A stretch of DNA of 32,000 nt from Halomicronema hongdechloris C2206 (GCF_002075285.3 NZ_CP021983.2:1710001-1742000); one strand, 5' to 3'; shown: positions 19,511 through 29,571, counted from the first letter of the stretch. Notes: generated by a model from the sequence alone, not told the origin. Numbers and translations are program-made.

Positions 19511-19705
19511 TTACTTCTTGCCGCGCTTGGCAATGTTTTCAGCGGGTTCCAACTCGGACATCTCAAAGGTTACCAACTTGTCCCAGTTTCCTCCCTCGAA
19601 TAGCACGGCGACTTTGCCATCCGTGATGCGTTGTACGAGACCTTGAAATCCATAGTAGGTGTCATTGACGTTGGTGACTTGAACCGCAGAACCCGGAAAT
19701 ATCAT
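19511..19705 (-). CDS. ndhS: NAD(P)H-quinone oxidoreductase (NDH-1) subunit S
   Basis: [53 protein letters not shown] matches the NdhS/CRR31 SH3-like sequence. Confidence 0.85.
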   Translation of the reverse strand: MIFPGSAVQVTNVNDTYYGFQGLVQRITDGKVAVLFEGGNWDKLVTFEMSELEPAENIAKRGKK

Positions 19706-19787
19706 AGCGACCTTAGTGACTCCAACTGGTAAACACTTCTAAGCATAGCGATCGAGGGTGCGATCGCACATCACCCGGGCCATCCTC

Positions 19788-21047
19788 TTACTTAGTAAAC
19801 TTCAAGCGATGGCGATAATTGGCCACAGACTCCACCAGGCCCAGGGCAATAAAATTAGTTAACAGGGCCGAACGACCATAGCTGATCCAAGGCAAAGGGA
19901 TACCAGTCACCGGTGCTAGCCCAATCGTCATGCCAATATTCACTAGGACCTGAAACACAATCATCATCAAGACCCCAATCGCCAGCAGGGAGCCAAAATT
20001 ATCCTTGGCGTTTTGGGCGATGATCACGAGTCGCAGACAAATTAACCAAAAGACAACAACGACGACCATTGCCCCTAGAAAGCCCAATTCCTCCCCAATG
20101 GCCGAAAAAATAAAGTCAGTATGCTGTTCAGGGATGAAATTGAGTTGAGTTTGTGTGCCTTGCCCCAGCCCCCGGCCGAAGGCTTCCCCAGCACCAATGG
20201 CAATACGTGACTGAATTAGATGATAGCCTCCCCCCAAGGGATCTTGATCAGGGTTGAGAAATAACACCAAGCGTGACTTCTGATAGTCCTTCAGCAATCC
20301 CCAGAGCAATTCTCCCAATTTACCTGAAACCAAGTTGATGGCCGTAACGGTAATCGTGCTCAGGAGTCGAAAGGGTAGGGTTTGCCAGGCAATCAGGCCC
20401 ATTAGCCCCACCCAGACTAGCCAACCAGGCAGAAACAGATGAAACACAATCGCTGCCATCAAGGGAGATATTAGCAACACCAGCCAGCCAGGATTGATAT
20501 TGGCCCAGTAGAGCATGCCCAGCGTAATGGCTCCAAACACCAGAGAAGTGCCCAAATCCGGTTGCAGGAAGACCAACACCCAGGGAACGGCAGTAATGCC
20601 TAGGGCTTTTGTCATGCCCCATAGCGTCGAAGCCCCGCGCTGGCTTAACAGGGCTGCCAGAGTAATGATCATCCCTAGTTTGGCAAACTCCGACGGTTGG
20701 ACATGGAACCCAGCAATGGGAATCCAACGCTGAGCGCCCGACCCGACCGTGCCAATAAACATGACCGCCAACAGCGAGGCATTGGTAGCGGCATAGATCC
20801 ACCAGCGCCATTGGTGCAACCCCTCATAGCGGCACCGGGCGAGCCAGAGGGTAATCACTAGACAAATTCCCCCCAGTAGCAAGTGATTTTGGCCATAGTT
20901 GGTGTCGAGATTGTGTTGGGTACTGGTGATGACCAGGCTGCCAAACACTGTTAACATCGCTGGCAGCCCCAGCAGCAGCCAATCAATCTCTTGCCATCCC
21001 TGGCTCAGAAGCTTCCAACGTTGCCGCCACACTAAGGATCGATTCAT
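19788..21047 (-). CDS. rodA: rod shape-determining protein RodA (SEDS family)
   Basis: 419-aa, 10-TM FtsW/RodA/SpoVE-family protein with QPSEFAKL, RIAIGAGEAFGRGLGQG, PEQHTDFIF and GLAPVTGIPLPWISYG. Confidence 0.9.
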   Translation of the reverse strand: MNRSLVWRQRWKLLSQGWQEIDWLLLGLPAMLTVFGSLVITSTQHNLDTNYGQNHLLLGGICLVITLWLARCRYEGLHQWRWWIYAATNASLLAVMFIGTVGSGAQRWIPIAGFHVQPSEFAKLGMIITLAALLSQRGASTLWGMTKALGITAVPWVLVFLQPDLGTSLVFGAITLGMLYWANINPGWLVLLISPLMAAIVFHLFLPGWLVWVGLMGLIAWQTLPFRLLSTITVTAINLVSGKLGELLWGLLKDYQKSRLVLFLNPDQDPLGGGYHLIQSRIAIGAGEAFGRGLGQGTQTQLNFIPEQHTDFIFSAIGEELGFLGAMVVVVVFWLICLRLVIIAQNAKDNFGSLLAIGVLMMIVFQVLVNIGMTIGLAPVTGIPLPWISYGRSALLTNFIALGLVESVANYRHRLKFTK

Positions 21048-22117
21048 CCCACCAGAGCTGCTACCGAAACTTTCGCGGCCACTTGTTGAGCAATGGCCCG
21101 TAAGGCCTGAGCTGAGGCTGAATCAGGATACTCGACGACAATGGGAATGCCCTGATCCCCCCCCTGCCGCACAGACATTTCCAATGGCACACAGCCCAGG
21201 AGGGAGACATCGAGTTCCTGAGAAGCCTTCTCTCCGCCACCAGAGCCGAAGATGTCGTAGCATTTTTCCGGCGCATCGGGGGGAATGAAATAGCTCATAT
21301 TCTCCACCATGCCCAGGACTGGTACCTGTAACTGTTGAAACATCCGTAGTCCTCGCCGGGCATCCGAGAGGGCTACCGATTGCGGGGTAGTGACAATCAC
21401 AGCCCCAGCCATTGGCACTGCCTGAGCTAGGGTAAGTTGGGCGTCGCCTGTCCCCGGTGGTAAATCCACCACCATGTAATCCAAGGGCCCCCATTGTACC
21501 TGGTAGAGGAATTGGCGAATAATGCCGTTGAGCATCGGTCCCCGCCAGATTACTGGTTGATCCGGGTCGATGAGAAAGCCCATAGACACCATCTTGACGC
21601 CATGGTTGAAGGCCGGTTCCAGGACTTCACCTTGCTGACCTTGACGCACCATGACCTCGGCGTCACTCAGTCCCATCATGGTAGGGGCATTGGGGCCATA
21701 GATATCGGCATCAATCAGGCCGACTTGAGCCCCCGATTGAGCCAGTGCCACCGCTAAATTGACCGCTATCGTGCTCTTGCCAACACCGCCTTTACCACTG
21801 GAGACAGCAATGATGTTTTTCACCCCATCGATCCCTGTCTTGTCCGGTAGCGATTTCTGCTGGGGAGTTTCGGCGGTGACGTCAATGTCCACCGCCTCAA
21901 CCCCTGACAGGGTACGGACTGCTTTTTCACAATCGTCTACGATGAATTCCCGCAATGGACAAGCCGGGGTGGTGAGGACGACAGTAAAGCTGACCTGCCC
22001 CCCCTCAACCTGCACATTACGAATCATGTTGAGATCGACTAAGCTCTTCTGCAGCTCAGGATCTTGAACGGGCTTGAGGACCTCTAGAACGGTATCGACA
22101 CTGAGCGATTTACTCAT
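21044..22117 (-). CDS. apbC: Mrp/NBP35/ApbC family iron-sulfur cluster carrier ATPase
   Basis: An N-terminal DUF59-like domain (VDLNMIRNV...LTTPACPL), the deviant Walker A SGKGGVGKST, and MVENMSYF. Its TGA overlaps the rodA ATG (ATGA at 21044-21047). Confidence 0.9.
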   Translation of the reverse strand: MSKSLSVDTVLEVLKPVQDPELQKSLVDLNMIRNVQVEGGQVSFTVVLTTPACPLREFIVDDCEKAVRTLSGVEAVDIDVTAETPQQKSLPDKTGIDGVKNIIAVSSGKGGVGKSTIAVNLAVALAQSGAQVGLIDADIYGPNAPTMMGLSDAEVMVRQGQQGEVLEPAFNHGVKMVSMGFLIDPDQPVIWRGPMLNGIIRQFLYQVQWGPLDYMVVDLPPGTGDAQLTLAQAVPMAGAVIVTTPQSVALSDARRGLRMFQQLQVPVLGMVENMSYFIPPDAPEKCYDIFGSGGGEKASQELDVSLLGCVPLEMSVRQGGDQGIPIVVEYPDSASAQALRAIAQQVAAKVSVAALVG

Positions 22118-22250
22118 AGGTTGTGGGGTAATTTATCGCCGTTATTGAGTTCTGTGGAGGTTGCGATACTCCACCGATCGATCTTATCGATCTTAATGCT
22201 TGCTGGTTCCTGTTGTGAGTATTGGATAGGTTTCTGTGGTCTTGAGAGGC

Positions 22251-22778
22251 TTACCAGGCTTGGAAATTAGAGCGTTGATTGCCTGATAACGGAGTCGTCG
22301 TTTGTTCTGCGGCTCGGGCCAGTGCAGAGGCAACTCTGGCAGCATAGGGACGCAAGAGTGACCAGGCTAGAGGGGAGAGCCAGCCTCGCAGCGCAACCGA
22401 GTAAGAAATCTGTGTCCCCCATACAGTGGACTTGATCCGATAGGTGACTCGTTCTTCTAGACCCGGTATCGGGAAGAGACGAATGCTAAGGAGTTCCCGC
22501 GGACGCACCCGTTCCACAAAGACATTGATTGGAATCGGCAGCCAGCGAGTAAAGGCCCGATACATTAAACCCGGTTTAGGCCTAAGACCATAGGGAGCAT
22601 TCGTGCTAGTTAGCAGGGGATGCCACGAAACATCTGCTAGATCGACGACGGTTTGCCACAACCGATCAACTGACGCCGAACTAATTGTTCGATAGGTTCT
22701 ATCAAGGGTTCGCTGCAGCTTACAGCGAACTGCCCAGGTCCATAATCGCTGTATCCACACAGGCTGTTTAGACCCCAT
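22251..22778 (-). CDS. SRPBCC-like (START/polyketide-cyclase fold) hypothetical protein
   Basis: 175-aa ORF with GAGGAGG upstream of the ATG. SASVDRLWQTVVDLADVSWHP is typical of the first strand/helix of SRPBCC proteins. The family call is tentative. Confidence 0.5.
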   Translation of the reverse strand: MGSKQPVWIQRLWTWAVRCKLQRTLDRTYRTISSASVDRLWQTVVDLADVSWHPLLTSTNAPYGLRPKPGLMYRAFTRWLPIPINVFVERVRPRELLSIRLFPIPGLEERVTYRIKSTVWGTQISYSVALRGWLSPLAWSLLRPYAARVASALARAAEQTTTPLSGNQRSNFQAW

Positions 22779-23249
22779 CGTATCACCTCCTCAACTGCTG
22801 AGAATGGTGCCCTCTCTAGGGGGGATACCATCTGATATGCTTACTCCATGATTACGCTGACAGCAGCCCATGAAATCAATGTTGGAAAACGTTGAGTTTC
22901 GCAATGTTTTTTCGTGAATTGGAACTAGGTACTTGATTTCACGATAGTCTGAGAACCGGTTTTGCCTGAATCGCTTGCCATGGGTAACAGATGATTGTGC
23001 TGCTTAGGCAGTCATGGTGTCTAAAGCCTTCAAATCCGAGCGGGTTACGCTCAATTCAAGCGGCTATCTTCTCTAGTGTGGCACAGGTTCCCCCTGCCAT
23101 CATGGCAAGCTGAATAGGTGAAACTGAAGGGTATGGAGGTAATGACATCCTGGCCCAGGCTGACTGTCTGCCTCATGTTGAAGGGCCTGTCTGTCGGCTA
23201 GAATGCTTGCCAGTCATACTGCTGTTCGATCGATGGCTTAAAATTCCCT

Positions 23250-24284
23250 ATGACCAGTTCCCCTGCACCTAACGCCGCTGCGTCTAATCCAGTGACCCCA
23301 CCCACCGACTCTCAAGAACGGGTGAGTCGGGCTATGCAAGCGTTACAGGATGATATCTGTCAACGGTTAGAGACTCTGGATGGTGGTAGCCATTTCCACG
23401 AGGATAGCTGGCAGCGTCCAGAAGGCGGCGGTGGTCGTTCCCGAGTGATCAAGCAAGGACATGTGTTTGAGCAAGGGGGCGTGAACTTCTCCGAGGTATG
23501 GGGCGAAAATTTACCGCCATCTATCTTGGTGCAACGCCCGGAGGCAACTGGCCATGGATTTTATGCTACTGGGACATCCATGGTGCTGCATCCACGCAAT
23601 CCCTATGTGCCTACGGTCCATCTAAACTATCGCTACTTTGAGGCGGGGCCAGTCTGGTGGTTTGGGGGAGGAATTGACCTCACCCCCTATTACCCCTTCG
23701 ATGCCGATGTCGTCCATTTCCACCGGACGCTAAAGGAAACTTGCGATCGCTTTCATCCGGAATACTATCCCACCTTCAAGTTGTGGTGTGACGAGTACTT
23801 TTACCTGAAACATCGCCAGGAAACCCGCGGTGTCGGGGGAATCTTCTTTGACTACCAAGATGGCCGAGGCGAACTTTACCACGGTCCCCAGGAAGAAGGT
23901 CCGGCAGCCAACCATAGTCGAGCGGTAGGAGCATTGCCTCAGCGAGATTGGGAGCATTTCTTTAGCTTCATCCAGGCCTGTGGGGCGGCTTTCCTACCGG
24001 CTTATGTGCCCATTGTCGAAAAACGTCAGGGACAAGCCTATGGAGACCCCCAACGACAGTTTCAGCTCTATCGTCGGGGACGTTATGTGGAATTCAACCT
24101 GGTCTACGATCGGGGCACCATCTTTGGCTTACAAACCAATGGCCGCACAGAATCAATTCTGATGTCCTTGCCACCTATGGTGCGCTGGGAATATGGCTAT
24201 CAGCCTCAACCTAATACACCTGAAGCCCGTCTATATGAGGTCTTTCTGAAGCCGCAGGATTGGATCAATTGGCCGAGTAGTTAA
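23250..24284 (+). CDS. hemF: oxygen-dependent coproporphyrinogen III oxidase
   Basis: [44 protein letters not shown] and [18 protein letters not shown] are diagnostic HemF blocks. Confidence 0.95.
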   Translation: MTSSPAPNAAASNPVTPPTDSQERVSRAMQALQDDICQRLETLDGGSHFHEDSWQRPEGGGGRSRVIKQGHVFEQGGVNFSEVWGENLPPSILVQRPEATGHGFYATGTSMVLHPRNPYVPTVHLNYRYFEAGPVWWFGGGIDLTPYYPFDADVVHFHRTLKETCDRFHPEYYPTFKLWCDEYFYLKHRQETRGVGGIFFDYQDGRGELYHGPQEEGPAANHSRAVGALPQRDWEHFFSFIQACGAAFLPAYVPIVEKRQGQAYGDPQRQFQLYRRGRYVEFNLVYDRGTIFGLQTNGRTESILMSLPPMVRWEYGYQPQPNTPEARLYEVFLKPQDWINWPSS

Positions 24285-24946
24285 TCATGACCTACTGGAA
24301 TAGGCCATCTATCTTGTCGGCTGCCTGTTGATGCTAGCTCTCTAGAGCACATCACACCATTTGTCGCCACTACGTCTCCGTTAGCTTGCCTAACTCAGTG
24401 TCAGTAAGGTGTCTTAGTACCGCATGGCAGCAGTTCGATCAGGCTGCTCCTTGACTCCAGACCTCGCCAATTCTCCGGCTAACAACTGGCCACCAAGCTT
24501 GTGCTGCAGTCTACTAGTGTCGGGCTTGGTGGACTTCAGTTATAGTAGCCACAAGTGTAGGAGCGTTATGAAACGCGAAGCGAGTGCTCTGCACTCAGCG
24601 GTTCTGCAGGAGCAACGTAGTCGTGGGCGTTGGCCCTAGCGGAGCCATGCCCGATAGGGCTATAGCCTTTCCAGGGGAGCCGAGCTCAGGCCAAGGCTTA
24701 CCCGGAGGGTATAGGGAAGGCAAAAAGGGAAACTCCTGATCAATGCAGCCTTATCAATGCAGCCTTGCCGCTCCAGTCAGAAGATGCATGTATAGAGCAG
24801 TCATCAACTGTATAGGGCTCTGGCAGAGGTGTTTAGAGAGCTGTTGATATCTTTCTCAGCTGATGTTGAGGAATCGGTCTGTAGTTTGAAGCGATAGGAA
24901 TTACTGATTCCACTGATTATTCCAAGGGAGGCACACAGTCGAGACG

Positions 24947-25309
24947 ATGGAGCAAAAAACGTACACAACGGACGATGGTCAAACTATTATCGTTTTGATG
25001 CCGACTGGTCGCTTGGATATTACGACGGCTTGGCAGTTTCGCTTGAAGCTGCAGGAGTGTATTTCTCGGGTGAGTCCTCATGTGGTTGTCAATCTTAGCC
25101 AGGTGAGCTTTATCGATAGCTCTGGATTGACCTCACTGGTAGCAGGGATGCGTGATGCAGACAAAGCTAATGGTAGCTTTCGCCTCTGCAATGTCCACCC
25201 AGAAGCAAGACTGGTCTTTGAAGTGACGATGATGGACTCTGTCTTTGAGATTGCCGATACGGAAGATGAGGCAATCACTAGCATCTCTGAGCGGGTTACG
25301 AGCAACTAA
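24947..25309 (+). CDS. STAS-domain anti-sigma-factor antagonist (SpoIIAA-like)
   Basis: 120 aa, with LSQVSFIDSSGLTSLVAG containing the conserved phosphorylatable Ser context. Confidence 0.85.
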   Translation: MEQKTYTTDDGQTIIVLMPTGRLDITTAWQFRLKLQECISRVSPHVVVNLSQVSFIDSSGLTSLVAGMRDADKANGSFRLCNVHPEARLVFEVTMMDSVFEIADTEDEAITSISERVTSN

Positions 25310-25590
25310 GGCATGAACTGGGGCTAAGGAGCAGTGGTAGATGCTAAGGGGAAGGCATCACAGGGGAAGATTAGCCCAGTGATGGCTGAAGGTTTGTGGC
25401 TCAATCAATCGGAAGGGACCTAGTATAGCTCCCCAGAGTGCTTTGCCATTACTGGGATCGATGCCTTTGTCGTAGCTGAGGAATTCAATGGCTTTGGACG
25501 ATATAGCAGCTCTGAACTGGACGGTATTGCCTTGGCAAAATCATCAGCCACGAGTGAAAATGGGATCACTGTTTTGTCTGACCCTCAGTT

Positions 25591-26361
25591 GTGAATAACG
25601 TTCGTACCGTATCTGACGCAAAGCGGGCTTTCTATAGCCATCACACTCGGCCGATTTCTTCGATCTATCGCCGTGTTGTGGATGAGTTGTTGGTAGAGAT
25701 GCATTTGCTGTCGGTTAACACGGATTTTGTGTATGACGGTATCTATGCTCTCGGAGTGGTGACTTCCTTTAATCGGTTCATGCAAGGATATCAGCCGGAA
25801 GCGGATCGCGACTCTATTTTTGTGGCCCTGTGTCAGTCGGTAGGTGGCAGCGCGCAGCAGTATCATCAGGATGCGACGGCAGTGCAGTCGGCCATAGAAG
25901 GGCTGTCTTTAGAAGAGTTGGTAGCGTGCTTCGAGCAGGCTGAGGCTCAAAGAGGTGGTAATGCTCTGGAGCAAACCCTACGTGCGATCGCAACTCGGGA
26001 TCGCTTCAAATATAGTCGCTTGTTTGGCATCGGGCTGTATACTCTCTTAGAAACGGTTGACTCCGAGGCCGCAGGAGATAGTAAGCGCCGCAATGCAGTC
26101 TTGACTCAGCTATGTCAAGGGATTGCTCTCTCGCCCGATAAGCTGCTCAAAGACCTCGATCTGTATCGCAGTAACCTGGACAAGCTCAATCAGGCTCAGT
26201 CTGTGATGCAAGACATTATGACAGCAGATCGCAAGAAGCGAGCCGAACGAGCTGCTAAAGACAGAGCCCAAGGCCAAGCGAAAGATAGCAAGACAGAAGA
26301 GACAGTGACCACCCCAGCCCCTGACTCCCAACCGCCTGGGTCTGAGTCAGGAGATAACTAG
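25591..26361 (+). CDS. thf1: thylakoid formation protein Thf1 (Psb29)
   Basis: GTG start. VSDAKRAFYSHHTRPISSIYRRVVDELLVEMHLL...FVYDGIYALGVVTSFNRFMQGY is the canonical Thf1 N-terminus, followed by a charged C-terminal tail. Confidence 0.9.
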   Translation: MNNVRTVSDAKRAFYSHHTRPISSIYRRVVDELLVEMHLLSVNTDFVYDGIYALGVVTSFNRFMQGYQPEADRDSIFVALCQSVGGSAQQYHQDATAVQSAIEGLSLEELVACFEQAEAQRGGNALEQTLRAIATRDRFKYSRLFGIGLYTLLETVDSEAAGDSKRRNAVLTQLCQGIALSPDKLLKDLDLYRSNLDKLNQAQSVMQDIMTADRKKRAERAAKDRAQGQAKDSKTEETVTTPAPDSQPPGSESGDN

Positions 26362-26438
26362 CGGATCGGGGCACAAGTTCATCAGTTATCGTTACTAGTC
26401 ATTAGCTAGGGAGCTAGGCTCGTCCTGTTTGGCTTTTG

Positions 26439-26457
26439 GCCAGGCTGCGCGCCTGGC
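26439..26457. terminator. palindromic hairpin between the convergent thf1 and cpcF genes
   Basis: GCCAGGC-tgcgc-GCCTGGC (7-bp stem). TTTTGG lies upstream, and no clean U-tract follows on either strand. Confidence 0.25.
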
Positions 26458-26543
26458 GTTAGAATTGCCCCATGAGGTGCTTGTTATTGATGGCACCGGA
26501 CGCAGTTCCCCTAGCCCATCGCCCTAGTCTACGTTGGTTACGT

Positions 26544-27221
26544 TCACTGGCCACCGTGGGGCCCTACCAATGGAGAGGGAGTACTTGTCAGGTGATCTAG
26601 GGCGAGTTGAGCCCGGGCTTGCACCGCCGGACTCTCATCCTGCCGGGATAGATGCTGCAACTGCTGCTGTAATTTCTTTACGGGAGAAAGGGGAAGATCG
26701 GGTGTGCCTAAGTCAGTGGCAAGGCATTGTAGCCCCACGATTGCGGCATAGCGTACGACCCATTCAGGATCGTTGCAGCCCTGCAGCAAGATGTTGAAAG
26801 CTTGAGTCTGGGCCGGTGCAATCTGCTCAGGGGGCAGTTCTTGCCAGCGGAGACTCCCTAAGCCCTTGGCTGCGGCTCGGCGAACACTCAAGGCAAAATC
26901 CTGGCTGGCGGCTTCTACTAGTACGCCTAAGGCTCTGGGATCACCAATCAACGCTAGCGCCCGAATCGCCCAAGCTCGAGCTCCGTAGTTGTAGCCATCA
27001 AGATGGGCCAGCAAGGCGGGCACTGCTGCCTGGTCTAGACGTACTAATCCATCCACGGCGGCAACCGCAGCGCCTGGATTGTTGTAGCCCAGGACCTCTA
27101 TCAGGGTAGGAATGGCCTCTACATGCTCAGCCATAGCCAAAGCTCGCACAGCTCCTACTAAGGCTGTCGCAGAATCGGCTTGCTCGACAGCCGCAATCAG
27201 GGTAGATAGATCTTCAGACAT
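26544..27221 (-). CDS. cpcF: phycocyanobilin lyase subunit CpcF
   Basis: HEAT-repeat protein (LIAAVEQADSATALVGAVRALA...IPTLIEVLGYNNPGAAVAAVDGL) that is last in the cpc operon. Confidence 0.85.
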   Translation of the reverse strand: MSEDLSTLIAAVEQADSATALVGAVRALAMAEHVEAIPTLIEVLGYNNPGAAVAAVDGLVRLDQAAVPALLAHLDGYNYGARAWAIRALALIGDPRALGVLVEAASQDFALSVRRAAAKGLGSLRWQELPPEQIAPAQTQAFNILLQGCNDPEWVVRYAAIVGLQCLATDLGTPDLPLSPVKKLQQQLQHLSRQDESPAVQARAQLALDHLTSTPSPLVGPHGGQ

Positions 27222-27241
27222 AAGATCTAGACATAAGATCT
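27216..27241 (-). repeat. perfect 13-bp tandem duplication spanning the cpcF start codon
   Basis: The plus strand reads AGACATAAGATCT at 27216-27228 and again at 27229-27241. On the coding strand this is AGATCTTATGTCT twice, so each copy carries an ATG. Confidence 0.9.
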
Positions 27242-27311
27242 GCGGACATGGATGATCAGCTCTGGATGAGTCAGCATAGGAGGCGATTAGGCGCCACGCT
27301 CTCTTTTGACC

Positions 27312-28133
27312 CTATAGCAGTGAGTCCATCAGCGCCATCACTCGCTGGCTATCTGCTGATAGGGAGTGGGGAGGTTGCCCTAACTCGTGCTCCAGTACCC
27401 CCTTGAGCGCGATTAGTTTCAGGCTGTTTTCAGCCGTTGCCGATGCGATCGCATCGGCAGCAGGCAAATAGCCAATCGCTCCTAAATCCATCAATGCCGA
27501 ACGCCGTTGCTGTAAATCTCCTGCCCGCAGAGCATGCACTAGCCGCTCCCCATAGTGGGCTTCCCCCGTTAACTGGTAGAGGGCGCGGGTTGCAGCGTTT
27601 TGAATCGACTGCACTGAATGATTTAAAAACGGTTCAATCGTTGCGATCGCTTGCCTATCCCCCAACTGACCCAGGGCCTCAATGATCGCTCCATAGGGTT
27701 GTACCAAATGCGGTTTACCTGGAACCAACACAGCCGCCTCTACTCCCCCTGCCATCAAGGTCAACAGAGGAGACACAGCACGACCATCGGCTAACGCTCC
27801 CAAGGCTTCTGTAGCCGCTTCGCGCACATAATAATCAGCGCAATTTAAGCACTGAATTAAAGCTGGAACACTCTCAGATCTGCCCAACTTTCCAAGTGCC
27901 CTGGCAGCATTGCGCCTTAGCGGAAATCCCCCATCAGGAGAACGATCCGTCTCATCGCTTAAAGCCTCTTGTAGCGCCTCAATGGCTGCCGCCTTAGTCA
28001 CCCGAAAACGCCCCAGCCACCAAGCTGCATAATATCGGAGACTGGGGTCTTCCCGCTGACGAAGATTAGCAATGGCCTGATCGACGGTGAAAGACTCCCC
28101 TTGGGCATTTACCAGTTTCTGAGGCTCTATCAC
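27312..28133 (-). CDS. cpcE: phycocyanobilin lyase subunit CpcE
   Basis: FTVDQAIANLRQREDPSLRYYAAWWLGRFRV plus HEAT repeats. It has an apparent GTG start 19 nt after the cpcD stop. Confidence 0.9.
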   Translation of the reverse strand: MIEPQKLVNAQGESFTVDQAIANLRQREDPSLRYYAAWWLGRFRVTKAAAIEALQEALSDETDRSPDGGFPLRRNAARALGKLGRSESVPALIQCLNCADYYVREAATEALGALADGRAVSPLLTLMAGGVEAAVLVPGKPHLVQPYGAIIEALGQLGDRQAIATIEPFLNHSVQSIQNAATRALYQLTGEAHYGERLVHALRAGDLQQRRSALMDLGAIGYLPAADAIASATAENSLKLIALKGVLEHELGQPPHSLSADSQRVMALMDSLL

Positions 28134-28152
28134 TATCTGTTCTAGGCGATCA

Positions 28153-28395
28153 CTAACTTGCTGCGGTACTTAATGGCTTAATATCGACAATTTCGCCGCC
28201 CATGCGATTAATTCTCTGCATTTCCTCATTCATACGGCTATAGGGCACTTTAATGAAAACACTGCCACTATTGCGAATGGGGTAGCCATTTTTGTCAGTT
28301 TCTTCGCTTTGGCGCAGCCCCTTTACCTCATAGAGAAAAATGCGACGCCCAGATGGCGAAGCAGTCGAGCTGCCGAATGCATTTTGAGCCAGCAT
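28153..28395 (-). CDS. cpcD: phycobilisome rod-capping linker CpcD (small, about 9 kDa)
   Basis: 80 aa. RIFLYEVKGLRQ...IRNSGSVFIKVPYSRMNEEMQRINRMGGEIVDIKPL is the CpcD domain. Confidence 0.9.
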   Translation of the reverse strand: MLAQNAFGSSTASPSGRRIFLYEVKGLRQSEETDKNGYPIRNSGSVFIKVPYSRMNEEMQRINRMGGEIVDIKPLSTAAS

Positions 28396-28444
28396 CGGTA
28401 CTATCTCTCCTAACTCTCAAATTGCAAATGTATGACATGACAGC

Positions 28445-28505
28445 AACAAAAGCGGAGTCTCCAGAGCTCAGTTAGCTAACCAACTTTTTCATCTCTGCAG
28501 ACTCC
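28445..28505 (-). terminator. terminator/attenuator-like hairpin between cpcC (second copy) and cpcD
   Basis: On the coding strand GGAGTCTGCAGAG (complement of 28493-28505) pairs with CTCTGGAGACTCC (complement of 28454-28466) as a 13-bp stem with 1 mismatch. GCTTTTGTT follows. Confidence 0.5.
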
Positions 28506-28536
28506 CCTTTGTGCCTCAACAACTAGGATAAGCCCC

Positions 28537-29415
28537 CTAAAGGCTGGCCGGCGTAACGCTGGTTACCCGCCCTCCCATTTTATTGATCTGTTGTAGCTTG
28601 CTGTTCAGCTTCTCTAGGGGAACCAGATAGGCTGTGTTAACCCGGCGTACTTTAGGGTAGCGAGGTAGCGACATGGCAGCTACTTCAACCCGATAAATCT
28701 TACCGGGAGTACCACCATAGGGAGTCGATCCCCCCAAGGCCTTGCTGGGAGCCTTGCCAGATTTCGCCGGCCGATACGCCCAGCCATTCAACACCGTGGC
28801 CGGATCAACAACACTGGTAGATCGGTTGCTACCTAATTCGCCAGCCAGCCGAGAGAGCTTACCACCAATTTGGGACCGATCACTGGTGGCATACCCTCGA
28901 TAGAGCTGGAAGATCCGGGTAAAGCCAACCGATCGCTGACCAGCCTGGTAGACAAAGCTACGGTAATAGGGCACGACATTGTCGCCGAAGTTACTCTGAT
29001 ACTCCTCACTATCGATGTAAGAGTCAATATCAGCGTCGTAACCCTGATTCTGATACAGATTGAGGTGGAAAATCACCTCAGACTCATCGTAGGGAGCCCG
29101 TCCCAGTAAATGCTTAAAATTAAGCTCAATCACCCGGGTCTGGAAATTTCCTTGGAAAAACTTGGTCTTGTATAGATCCGATTTAGCAACTGCCCGAACA
29201 AATTCCCGGACAGTGATATAGCCATTGCGAAGCAACGACTCAGCACTAACCAGCCGTTCTGAAGCCATGACATAGTCGTTGCCCAAGAGCTGACGATATA
29301 CGGCTCGAATAACTGCCTCGGACTCTTCCGGGGTCCAATTGGCCCGCAGCTCAACGGGAGATGCTTCATCAAATGCCGAAGTCCCTAAACGGGACGCTGC
29401 TGCCGTGATAGCCAC
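28537..29415 (-). CDS. cpcC: phycocyanin-associated rod linker CpcC (second copy)
   Basis: GTG start with AGGAGG upstream. [15 protein letters not shown]..., a PBS-linker domain ([16 protein letters not shown]...[17 protein letters not shown]) and a C-terminal CpcD-like domain. Confidence 0.9.
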   Translation of the reverse strand: MAITAAASRLGTSAFDEASPVELRANWTPEESEAVIRAVYRQLLGNDYVMASERLVSAESLLRNGYITVREFVRAVAKSDLYKTKFFQGNFQTRVIELNFKHLLGRAPYDESEVIFHLNLYQNQGYDADIDSYIDSEEYQSNFGDNVVPYYRSFVYQAGQRSVGFTRIFQLYRGYATSDRSQIGGKLSRLAGELGSNRSTSVVDPATVLNGWAYRPAKSGKAPSKALGGSTPYGGTPGKIYRVEVAAMSLPRYPKVRRVNTAYLVPLEKLNSKLQQINKMGGRVTSVTPASL

Positions 29416-29571
29416 GCGCTTAACTCCTCCTAATGAGATACCAAAAACCTGTGGATAGCCTCTACAATTGCAGAGATTCTATGTAGCCGAGTTGACCTAA
29501 TAAGATCCCTATATCGGTAACCCACTAGGCCAACACGGGTATTTATAAATGGTCATGCAGAAAACGCACAG

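Noticed and set aside
23178-23204. A candidate sigma-70 promoter for hemF, TTGAAG-15 nt-TAGAAT.
   Set aside because: The spacer is short (15 nt), and such hexamers are easy to find by chance in a 470-bp spacer. It is unsupported without TSS data.
24424-24639. A 71-aa track ORF in the hemF-STAS spacer.
   Set aside because: It has a Cys/Ser/Arg-rich, low-complexity translation, no SD and no recognisable domain. It is probably non-coding.
25358-25540. An open minus-strand frame of about 60 codons between the STAS gene and thf1 (…AAISSKAIEFLSYDKGIDPSNGKALWGAILGPFRLIEPQTFSHHWANLPL).
   Set aside because: There is no ATG, GTG or TTG start before the last third of the frame, and I recognise no family. 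It may be a gene remnant, but I cannot support a feature.
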